Shown piece by piece: positions 25,038 to 35,902 of a stretch of 64,000 bases of DNA. Each line of letters opens with the position of its first letter. Position 1 is the stretch's first letter. Made by a program: the position numbers and the translations under genes. Below the pieces are notes generated by a model. That model saw nothing but the letters and a program-made list of their open reading frames with translations. It made no database searches and had not been told where the DNA came from. The stretch comes from Lepidodermella squamata (Eukaryota > Animalia > Gastrotricha): assembly GCA_047495785.1 (NCBI GenBank), contig JBLDXI010000015.1, positions 4,588,001 to 4,652,000 on the forward strand, given 5' to 3'.

Positions 25038-26146
25038 ATGCCTTACAACAGAACATCAAACGTAGATCGGTTAAGGTTGATACGGGCTTTCAATGACGGT
25101 ACTGATTACGTTAATTTCGGTAGGATGCTCGGCATCAAAGAGCGAACGATTTATAACATCATAAGTACTTATAGAGAAGAAAATCGCTCGGAAAGTTTGC
25201 ATCGAGGGGGGCGACCAAAGGCTTGGCGGGAGGATTTTACCCATTTCGTTATTGAGAGGCTTGAGGACAATAGCCAGCTTACCCTGGAACAAATTCAGAC
25301 AATGCTGCTTGTCGAGTTCGGCGCTGGCCTCTCCATTTCCACTATCCATCGTCACCTTGAGTATATCGGCTTTACTGTTAAGAAGGTCTACGCTTGTCCA
25401 GCGGATAGAAATCGACCTGATGTCATAGCCCTAAGAATTGTTTACGCGAATTGGTTCAACGGGTTTCGTCTGCATAACAGGTATTACTATCAGGACGAGT
25501 TCGGGGTCTGCCTTTGGACTCGTCGATCTTGTGGCCGAGCTCGTCGTGGTCAGCGGGCTGTTGTGCAAAATCCGATGTCCCATGGTGGCAAAAATGTGTC
25601 TGTTTCGGTCGTCGTTTCGAGGCATGAGGGGTTGGTCTATTATCGATTGTACGATGAAGGTATGAAAAACAACATGTTTCGTGAGTTTATGCTCCAGGTA
25701 TGAGCGGAAAAATTCATCAAATTGACGATTTTTCTGAAAAATTTGATTTATAGGCGTCAGCAGTGGTTGGCGTTAATAACCCGGCGACTTTCATCATCGA
25801 CAATTGCCGCTCTCACAATGGCGCCGTCGGTGAACTGCCGCAAGGCCATACCATACACTTTTTACCGCCGTACTCACCATTTCTAAACCCAATAGAAAAT
25901 GTTTTCTCTGCTGTCAAGTCTGGCATCAAAAGAGAAATTGCGGCGAGACGTGTCGAGCTGTTTGAGCTTCTAGCCGCTGCCCGAGAACTTGGTCAACCGA
26001 TGACGCCAATTTGTCGAAACTTTCTGCACGAAATTGTCGAGCGTAATCTTCGATCGATCGTTACTCCGGCATTGGTGCGAGCCTGTGACGATCATGTACT
26101 GAATTATCTTCCAGCTTGTGCTGCTGGGCAACCGATTATTTATTAA
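25038..26146 (+). CDS. IS630/Tc1-type DDE transposase, 350 aa, one intron, DD31E spacing
   Basis: Exons 25038-25697 and 25754-26146 (phase 0). HTH region, GGRP linker, second HTH (SISTIHRHL), YQDE, IIDNCRSH and FLPPYSPFLNPIE; no stops or frameshifts. Confidence 0.92.
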
Positions 26147-26264
26147 GAAATTTTTGCAGGAAAAATTGAAGAACCGAAAAAAGATGAATGAAATAAAAGA
26201 AACGTTTAATCGCGTGCTTCGCTTTATTTACGCTAATTCAAAAATTACGAATAAAAATCAGTGT

Positions 26265-26748
26265 TCATTGAAGTGAAGAATACGCCTGCCAAATAGGCTT
26301 TTCAATCAGCTCAATCGCCTTAGCAACAATCGATCCTTCCGAGCGGCGAAGACGTCTCATTAAGTCCGGGTCGAACAACAGATAATCACGAAGGCTTCCT
26401 CTTGAAGGTGCAAACTTGTGCTTTTGCAAATATTGAACAAAAGACAGTTGTAGCTCGTTTTCTTCGGCTTTAGTCCACTTTCGCCGTGATCGATCTAAAT
26501 GAAATGAAATTGAACACAGCTCGTTGCGCATTACATTAATTACCAATATTTGCCATGACAATGTGACGTGGCGGCAGTTCTGGCCGCGGTCGAGGGAGAT
26601 TCGTCGGCACAATCAAGGGCAAGCCCAAGTCTTTCCAGGTTACCTTCTTGCTCGGTGGTTCCGAGACCGAGGCTGATCTTTCTAAAGTGGCCCCACGCTT
26701 TCGGCCACTACGATTTCGATTCGGCGACGGATCGGTTGAACTTGACAT
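26265..26748 (-). CDS. Transposon ORF2, 144 aa, basic/Pro-rich N-terminus plus Myb/SANT-like domain
   Basis: Exons 26748-26544 and 26494-26265; a 49-bp GT-AG intron joins MANI-D-RSRRKWTKAEENELQLSF...RRSEGSIVAKA. Lies wholly between the TIRs; minus-strand AATAAA near 26223. Confidence 0.7.
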
Positions 26749-28720
26749 TTTTATTTGCTTTTCTCACGAAGAATTTGAAGAAACTGAAGGGCTGGACAGA
26801 CATTTAAACTAGTGCAATGCTATTAATAAATGAGTTCAATCCTAGCCAAGATGATACAAGCAAATAAACAAAAAGCACGCGATTGCAATTAGTTTTGAAT
26901 TTTCTGCAATTGCAAATGAAAAAATGTGTATTTGCCCATGAACGCAGAAAAGTCACGTCGTAAACTTTCCAGGCCTTGGCGGCAGTTTGAAGCCAGTCTC
27001 GCAACGTCTGCGAAGGATGGCGTCAGATTTTGCATCATTTTGCATTTTGCGTCTTTTCATCCCCGTGACGGCCAGCTTGACCAACTATTTTACGTCCTCC
27101 TGAGACAGGGTATCGCATAGGACATACCCATTAGAGCTGAGGGGACGGCGGGGGATTTACCGCGCCGATACTCGTTGATGTCAATCACATTTAAAGCTCA
27201 TCGTCACGCTGACTGCATGCTCTGAACGTTTAGCTCACGCTGGGTGACTTGCTCAATGCCACGAACATTAGACCGATGCTCTTGGGGAAATGAGAGATCC
27301 AATATTTCAAGCTGGCCGCTTCCTCTCAAAACGAGCCAGGCGAAAAGAGTGACCTCGACAGCCCGTCTACCGTTTGACATCTTCCTGAAATTGAGAACCT
27401 AGGATTCCAGTGTTGATCTTTGAGATTTTTGAGGTTGTTCGTCTCACTTTTATCGGTTTTCTGTTATCGAAATTATCAAACTAGGGACCTGCCCATTACG
27501 CCACGCTGCCAAGCGCAGCGTAAGACAATGACGCCGTTTGGCGAAAAACGCCCGCGGGCTCTTGCTCAAATTTCAACCAAATTTCATGAAACTTAGAGGG
27601 ATAATTCACTGAATAATGAGAAATCTGTTGACATCAGATTCGTCCTTATCCGAAGCGTGACTGATCCGGAAACCCCGTTCTTACTATGCTTGGCGTCGGA
27701 AAAACTGAATCGCGGATTTTTTCAGAAAAACCTGCGGCGATGGTGATATTATTTTTTATCATTCACTACTCTAATATTTATATTTTATTTTGTTTCAAGT
27801 AATTTTGTATAATTATATTAGGCTAAATATCGGCTGCGTTATTTTTCAAAATCTTTGAAAAGGGCGCGCAATGATGAAGCATACCTCTCTGGGAACAAAA
27901 GGCTGGACCCTGGTTTCGGTTGGCGGATTTCTTTGTGGTTCGTGGACTGTGATAGCAGTGTTGCATGTTGCAATGTGTAATGGCACACTTTTTGACTCTT
28001 GTCAATCATCGCTAATCTTGAAACCCTACATCGTGTCTGATGTTCCTGTTTTCTGTCTAAGTTTCGAGAAATCTCAAAGAGCCGAAGACCTTAAGGATTT
28101 CAACCTCATGGTTTACAATGCTTCCAGCGTCCACGAGCTTCGTTGCATACGTTCCGCTTGACGGTAACTGAATCCTGAATCTTTCCCTTGTTCTCCTGCG
28201 TTCTAGGGGCACTTAACTCCGAGGTTCGAGGCAACACCATAGCGAGTTTTGAGTTGCGTACAAGAAAAACTCCTTTATTCCGCGGCTACAATGCTTGTAT
28301 TAATTTTTAAGAATGATTTATGATTATCATGTAAATCGTTGAGCAGATTCACTCGCGAGCTTCGTATTAATCATCGGTAGATAATCGTAGATTGGTAGAT
28401 AATCATCGTTCAAACGGCGTCTCTCTCAACTATCAATGTGTCCTATTGCAATTTAAATATTTTACGGTTTGATTAGTATTAAATGTCCTCATGTCAGATT
28501 TATAGTGATATTATCATGAATTTTGTTACAATCGATTCGATTAATCTGCTAGCTTTTTTGCGGCAATACGATCTCTGACTATAATCCAAGGTAAGTGTGA
28601 CTTTGCGAACCTAACCAGGAGCATAAAATATAGACATTTTAGAGACTGGTAATGGCATAACGTTGAGCACTTGTTGATTTTTATCAGTGGCTTTCAGCCA
28701 ATTTTGCTGAAACTGCTTCA

Positions 28721-31700
28721 ATGGCTGACACTTGGCGTCAGTGTACACCGCGCTGTCGCTCTAGGAATCATGCGACATGGTTGATATCGGTTATCACAAA
28801 GTCCTCAGAAGTCGAAAGCATCATCAGCTTGTCGCGATGCTATAATCCTGGTTTGGTTGTCGATGAATTGGGTCATACCGTGCTTCACGTTGCTGCGGCA
28901 TGCGGAAAGAAGAAAGTGCTTTCATGGCTTTGTGCCAACTATCGTGTAAATGTTAACGCCAAGGATTATTGTTCCGGTTGGACCCCATTGCATTATGCTA
29001 TGTACCACGGGCAAATGGATGCAGCCATTGCTCTACTTCTGGCTGGAGCTGATTTGTATATGAAAGTATGTGAAAGAATAGGTCCACGTTTTGTTATTGT
29101 AACATCTTTCTCATATAGGACTACAACTGTTTCACGCCACTTGACTTATTGCGAAGTGACGTTCGTCCCTATTCAATGATTTCCGATGATAATGATATGT
29201 TCACTTGGGGAAACAATGCCAGCTACACATTAGGCCAACCCAACGGTCAAAGCAAGGGCAATCCTGAATTCTTGCCGATCTGGTCAGGCGAAGCCGGGAA
29301 CGCGGATCACCCACGACGTCAGTTGTCGCCTGTGGATGTAGTAATGACAAAATACACTTCGTTTTATTTGACCGCAAATGGCCGAGTGTATGCTTGCGGC
29401 TCCGGAAGAGGCGGACGTCTGGGTTTGGGATCTGAACAAACTGTTCTACCTCCCACCTTGATTCAAAGTTTATCTTCGAAGCACATAATTTCAGTGGCGG
29501 CCAATGTAAACCATGCCGCTTTTGTCACGAATGACGGCCAGTTATATGTCACTGGCAGTAACGAACATCAACAGCTCGGCCTTGGCCCTACTTGTACCAA
29601 AGAAGTAGCTCCCAAATTTGTCCGTTTCAAGCGTGATGTAAAGCTGAAATTCGTTGCTTGTGGTCGATTTCACACGGCAGTTATGTCCGATCGAGAACTT
29701 TTTTCCTGTGGTCTTAATGCCGGCCAGCTGGGTCTTCTGAAAGATACGCCCTACCAGAGTGAATTCAAACTTGTTACAGCTGTCAGCGCAGCAGTTCGTG
29801 ACTCGCAGAATGGCCCTACGTTATCCATTTTAACCTGCAGCGATTCCGCTACTATTGTGAAAACGTGTTCTGGCGACGTCTTTGCGCTGATGGCTTACAG
29901 CTGTAAGAAGATTGCCAACTGCCCAGGTATAACGCACATAGCCGCAACTGGTGGCCGATTGGACCATGATTCGATGCCTGACTTTTTGAGAGCCGAGAAA
30001 GGTGCTGATCTGACTGTGCTTATGCTAGTTGGTGAATCGGGGCAAGTCTTGGTTTGGCGCGAGAATTCTCAATCCAGCCAAGGCGGACTGCTGCGTGAGC
30101 TGCGCTGTACTGGCCTTGGCCGTGACCTGTTTGCCACTTGGATTTGGGCACCCTCCACGGCAGCTGACGGTCGGATTCTCATGTGTTCGAATGAGGGAAA
30201 TGCGTTCATTGTAACACTAGCTCCCAGTTCCCAAGCCAATAACAAAGATGCGAAACAAAAACCGTCGAAATCCGAATGGTCAGCTTTTCACGTCGCTGAT
30301 CGTGGCCGTGGCGTTCAATTTCGAGTAAATTCATACGAGCTGGCAAGCTCAACTGTGAGAATCAAACACGTGCATCGCGCGGTGAAAATTGTCGCTGACC
30401 CGGCTTTGGCCAACTTTGCCTGCATCCAATCAAGACCAAACACTGCCGTGGCTGAACTTTCTGTATCCGGGTCTTGTGATCTAGTCACCGACCTGAACAA
30501 GCTGTACGAATCAGTCGGTAGCCCATACGATTCGGGGACTGATGTAGAATTGGTCTTTGGCGCGAATAACTGCCTGTATGCCCACCGCGCCGTTTTAGCT
30601 AGCATGAGCTCGTACTTCAAACGTGTGTTCATCCAAAACGCAAACTCCGGAAACATCGTGAATCCAGTTACCAAGCGCTACAGGATAAATATGACCGACT
30701 GCGAAGATTCGGAATTTCGACCCCTGCTTAAATTTGCTTATTCAGGCTTTGTTGATTTGAAGAACTATTTGGTGAATGACGAATCGAATGGGAAACACCA
30801 GCAACAACATAGTTCGCCCCCATCGATAAAGACTTCACCACCAAGCGGCAAGAATTCGAAGAAGAAGCCGTCGCCTAACAGCAAATCCGGCAAACAAACC
30901 CAACAAGAGCAGCCTCGTTCGCATTTGAACGAAGCAGCTTTTGTCAACACGCAGCTGTTGGGCCGCCTAATTGAGGTTGCGAAGAGATTTGGGTTTGGCG
31001 GTCATGTTTTGGTGAATGAACTTGAATCAGTCAAAAATCTGGCCGCCTCGGGTAAAGCCTATGCAACTTCTTTCAGATCGATGGCGAAACTAGCCCTAGA
31101 ACGTGAGGCCATAGAAGAGCTGGCTGACGTTTGGCTTAAATCTACTGACGGCCTGGAATTTCCGGCTCACCGCTGCATTTTATCATGCCGTTCCGACTAT
31201 TTCTCTTCAATGTTGGCGGTCGGACGATGGGCAGAGGGCGGTAAAGCCATTATCGATCAACCGGTCGATGCCGATGTCCTTCAGTTAGCGCTGACTTACA
31301 TTTACTCAGACTGGCTTGGCGAAGTTTCCGACTGGCGGCTGCTATGCAAGCTAGTCGTTTATGCCGACCAGGTGTTCCTGAGTGGTCTGAAATCGACAGC
31401 CGAAGTTCAGCTGTCAATGTCACCTAGGCTGAATCTGTCGAACTGTTGTCAGCTGGTCGACTTCGCCTACGCTTATCGAGCCGAGTCTCTCCTGCCAGCC
31501 GTCATTCGATTCGCGATTGCGAATATGCCGAGTCTCATGGAGACCTACTTCAACAGTTTGGGCTGCGTTGACGACGAGGCGCTCATTGAGCTGGCGAAAG
31601 AATTCAACAAACTCGTGTGCCCGCCCCAACGCGCGATTAAACCATGGAAGTCAGTAGGACCTACTGCCGAAGAGATTGAGTCGATAATGAGCGAAGCCGC

Positions 31701-34700
31701 TAAAATTCGGCTGTTCATTGACGATGATTTGGAATCGGTCGCACAAAATATAAGCGAGATCTTACTTGATTCGAAAGACCAGAATGCGCCGGGCAATGAA
31801 GGGAAAGGTAATGCGAACAGCAACGCAGTCGCTCGACCTGTTGTTGGGAAAAATCGAAGGCAGCGCCGTCGCAGTAACAACAGCGAGTCGTCCGACGGCA
31901 GCACCGGCGGCGGTGGAGGGCCGATTTTTATTGCGACGAGTATTCCTGGCCCGATGAATCCGCCTTTATCGCCTTCGATAAACTCATCTGCCATGAAATC
32001 TGGGCCGATGTCACCGAGTTTTTCGAACAGGATGAACGCTATGTCGTTGAACAGCGAGCCTTCTTACAACCCGCTAACTGCCTCGAAGAGGAGTGTCGGT
32101 TGGTCGAATGATAACCTGGCGAATAGTTCGTCGAACAGCGGCGGCGAGTCTTTGTCACTGGCCGATATCATGGCTGATGAAAAGCGTCAGCAAGAAAATC
32201 GCGGTAATAAGGCGTCACGCCCGCGCCTGATGCAGCTCCCGCCGTTAACTTGCGGCGTTGCCTCGTCACCGCCATCGTCGCTTTCGAACACCCTGCAAAT
32301 CTTGGCGACTTCGCCGTCGAATGCGCAAATGCGGCCGCCGCCTTCGCCATCTACTGGCACGCGAGGTTGGGGCTGTGTACCGTCATCACCGCTGTCTAGC
32401 AGTCCGGTTCCGATTATGGCTGACATTTTGAGGCAAGAGCAACAGCGTACGGATGCAACTCGCCGGCAAGATCGGCGATCACTTCATCAAATTCAGGTTT
32501 GTAATTGACCTCGCACTTGAATTTTCACTAAGTTTATGAATATCGAATATACGGGATTTTTTGCGCTGTCGGGACTATATATTTCGAGCGTTAAGCAATC
32601 ATTTATGCGAGTTTTGAACCATTAATCGTGCGGCTCGACAATCAGTATAAATTAAGAGTGAGCTGAAAATGAGTTGTTGTACTTGCTGAAAAAATGGCCG
32701 TCAAATATAGAATTGCCGTATTGCAAGTTTCTTCGAATTTTCTTGTTTATAAAACGTAACGCGTTTATTCCGACGTTTCGGTGATACTCAATAACCATCT
32801 TCAGGGATTGATTAAGAAATTAAATCAAATTTGAAGTTAAGTTAATAATTAAGGAGGATGTATCTCGAAGTTGTAATCTGGCTAGTTTTCCATCTTCTTT
32901 TTACACCTCTCATGGAATATCGGCAAATATCCAAAAAATCAGTCACTTGCTTATTGATACCAGGTGATAAATTGACGATGATAAAATCAAAGTCAAGTTG
33001 CTTGCCTAACAAGGCTTGGAATAGCACTGGGGCAGTAGTTGTTTTCGTCAAAATCACTTGAGTTTCTCGCTCCTTATTAAAACAAGTTTCCTTCTTTCGG
33101 CGAATTTGTCGATAAATTTTTGACGAGGCAAGACAACCTGTCCAGACGCCAGAAGAAAAAATAGTCTCATCGCAACGCCATATGTCGATGTTGCGGTAGT
33201 AAAGAAAACGAAAGGAAAACGAAATTTTTTCGGTAGCACTTTCGTCAGCCCATTTATCTCCAGTATTGAAAAGAAAATCAGAAAAGTATTATTAGTAAGA
33301 ATATTGAAAAGTAAGTGAAGATAGCTCGCTTGAAAGCACCAACCCCTCGAAAGCGGAAACGGCCACTACAACGCTACTGGGCCTAGTACTCGACACCGGT
33401 CTATCAATGGAGGAATGCATGACCAAGAAGATCGGTCAGGCCAATAGGGCAATCACGCAGCTCCTAAGACTGAGACCTTACTTATCGACACGCCAGCTCG
33501 AAAATGCTTACAAGACCTACGTTCTACCATACCTCGAATTCGCTATGGTACCATATACATTCGCGGCGTCAGCGTTAAGATGACGGAAGCCAAATTGACA
33601 CCGCTGGGCCATCGCAGATTCGTCGGGGTCATGACGTATCTCTACAAAACTATGGTAGCAGGTCGGGGGACGAAACAAGTCCGCTCGAAATTTATAAAAA
33701 TCCCGAAGCCGAATACAAGAACGAGGGCAGCGAGCGAGAAACACCACCATCAACTACAGCTCGCAAAATCGTCGAAGAACAGGGTCGACACGGCACCCTT
33801 TCGAAGGATGCAAGAGATCGTCAATCAATGGAACGACCTACCACGCGATACCTTCCCTGACACCGTCAACATCACAATATTTAAAGAAAAGATGAACGTC
33901 CTAGGGCGTCGGCTATAAGCCTACTAATGATAACTGTGTGCGCCTGAATTTTTTCGTAAATAAAAAAAAAAAAAACCGTCGGTTTTGCCGAACGAGTTGA
34001 GTCGTTAACATTTCGGAACCATTTGCTCCAGTCGTATCGCCAAGTCAAGCGCCTCACAATCGACCATTTAGGCCTGACCTTAGCGTCGGCGGGGGATTAG
34101 ATTTAGTAGATAGGGAGTAGCTGATGAGGTTTCGTCCAGAGGGATCGTCGCGTGATCGCATTGCCACGCCTGGGCTTCTTTTTCTGATCCAAAGAATAGC
34201 CTCGGTTATGACATCCGGCGCGTGTTGAGCCAGCACGACAACGGGCTTATCATTTTTGGTCATCACTAGCTTTTTAACCGCGAACAACTGCTTGTATATG
34301 AATTCGAAGCTAACAATCCGCGATCGATGTTTTGCAACGGTATTTCGAATGTTGGGTAAAACCCACCTGGAAATGTTTTACGCTTGCTAAAGTTCTCAAC
34401 GCTTTGATGATTTTGAATTTCGAAGGTAGCTGTTGATCTGTGGCCTAGGCGCACCACAAATATGATCATATTTCTTTGGCGATATATTGAATAACACAGG
34501 CGTCGTTCGATATATATTGCATACTCACACGTCACAGTCACACGTGCAGACATAATTTATCAGTCAGAATTAGGTAGTTGGTGTAAGAGGATATATAAGT
34601 AGCTTTAACGTCGTCCGGTAATTGTAATATCGTTAACATGTAGTAAAGTCAAGAATTCTGATCGCTGAACAGAATTCTCAAACTGCCTAGCTGGTACGGG

Positions 34701-35256
34701 GCTGGGACCAGTCAGCAGCCCAGCGCAGTTGCCATCGTCACCCGGACCAACGGCATACATAGATCCGAGCTCTTCGGGATATGACAAGATCATAGTGATT
34801 GGATTGTCAATCATCGCACTGCTTGGAAAGGTAGATTTTCGGAACTTGGATCCATTCTTGAGAAGTAAAAAGTTAAACAACAAAATTACTAAGATTATAT
34901 CGGATAATCGGCTATCAGTATAAATTAAGTGCGAGGCTGAGGAGTGAGCTGAAAATTAGTTTTTGTACATTTGCTGAAACAAAATGGCCGTCAAATTATA
35001 GAATTGGGCTTCTATTTTTTAATTTTAATTGTGATTAATATGCTATGTTTAGCTTGAGGAACGAGCGATTGACGAGCTGACCAAGTTGTATGCTGATTTG
35101 GAGACTCACGGCATTGCGGTAACCGTCGAGAGAATGTCCGTCGGCGTCGCGGCTCCAACGTGGGCAGCCAGATCGGCCCCTGTGGTTGTTGGCCAGCAAA
35201 ACAGCATAAATCACCACTTCCCTGCTCTTTCATCTGTCCCTGTCAGCTATCGTTGA
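28721..35256 (+). CDS. IBTK: Inhibitor of Bruton tyrosine kinase (ankyrin + RCC1 repeats + 2 BTB)
   Basis: Exons 28721-29065, 29119-32496 and 35053-35256. Ankyrin SGWTPLHYAMYHG; RCC1 repeats (TWGNN..YTLG, GGRLGLG, GLNAGQLG); two BTB domains (AHRAVLA, AHRCILSCRSDYFSSML); the C-terminus LHQIQ|LEERAIDEL is spliced across a 2556-bp intron. Confidence 0.93.
32767..32809 (-). ncRNA. Minimal type I hammerhead ribozyme of Penelope-like-element type
   Basis: Minus strand reads AATCC-CTGAAGA-T-GGTTATTGAGTATCACC-GAAAC-GTC-GGAATAAA: intact core, GGU/ACC stem II, loopless stem III, UCC/GGA stem I and an adjacent AATAAA. Confidence 0.75.
33330..33975 (+). mobile_element. 5'-truncated CR1/L2-type LINE fragment with poly(A) tail
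   Basis: Degenerate RT-thumb/C-terminal motifs LGLVLDTGLS, AYKTYVLPYLEFA, RR..YLYK and VNQWNDLP..FK; AATAAA running into A14 at 33962-33975; 5' boundary approximate. Confidence 0.8.
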
Positions 35257-35902
35257 GAGAAAGATTTAACCTATAAATAATCTTATTCGCAGCCTTGCCG
35301 CCCAAGTTTGTACACTTATTCCCGGTTCCTTTACGGAAAGTGGAGACTAACTACTCTTGGTATTTCGCTATTTTTGTTACGAGAGGCGCCGTTCTATGTA
35401 GGGCAGCCTCTGTTGGTGTTGTGTTATTCATGGCGACTGGTTGTCTTCCGTAGAAACGACATTTTGTGTATTTTCTGAGTGCTGTTATTATTATTCTGTC
35501 ATGACATGGAGCTATTAAAAAAATAACCTTATTCTTGTATTATAAATTTTCTGTCTACTCCGCGCATCATGGGAACCGCCAGCGATTTACCTACTCATTC
35601 GACTGTTTCTTCAAGTTTGACTTGCCTAACCGATTACTTGGAAATAGATTACAAATGTGTATCTTTCTTATTGTGTAGTTTGTGTTCATTTTGCGTATGC
35701 AATGCGCGTTTTACTGCGTGTTTTTTGCTCTTACATGTTTATCATGCATTAGTCTGGTGTCTCGGCAAGTTGTTTAGCTTCACATCTGTATTGTACTACT
35801 CCAAAGTTTACAGGGCAATAATAAATGCTTTCAAAATCAAATAGGCTCGACTTTTGACTTGATCGTAATTTTTCCAATGTAGGCAGATTATTCTTGAAAA
35901 AA

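Larger units (their letters stand above)
24774..26928 (+). mobile_element. IS630/Tc1/mariner-superfamily DNA transposon with two convergent genes
   Basis: TA TSD at 24772-24773 and 26929-26930; 37-bp TIRs with 3 mismatches (CACCTTTTTTCAATTGCAATTGCGGAAAATTCAAAAC; 24774-24810 and 26892-26928). Confidence 0.92.
22505..27494. mobile_element. Putative non-autonomous ISL2EU/PHIS-like DNA transposon shell containing nested insertions
   Basis: AT|GGGCAGGTCCC at 22503-22515 and GGGACCTGCCC|AT at 27484-27496, with imperfect inverted similarity over ~28 bp; extra copy of the terminus at 22760-22773; no transposase of its own seen. Confidence 0.5.
32641..35007. repeat. ~75-95-bp diverged direct repeats bounding a 2.3-kb intronic insert (~32641-32716 and ~34914-35007)
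   Basis: Both copies share ATCAGTATAAATTAAG...GAGTGAGCTGAAAAT.AGTT.TTGTAC..TTGCTGAAA..AAAATGGCCGTCAAAT.ATAGAATTG. Confidence 0.85.

Noticed and set aside
34115-34160. CTGATGA motif as a second hammerhead
   Set aside because: No downstream GAAA closing a stem II on the same strand.
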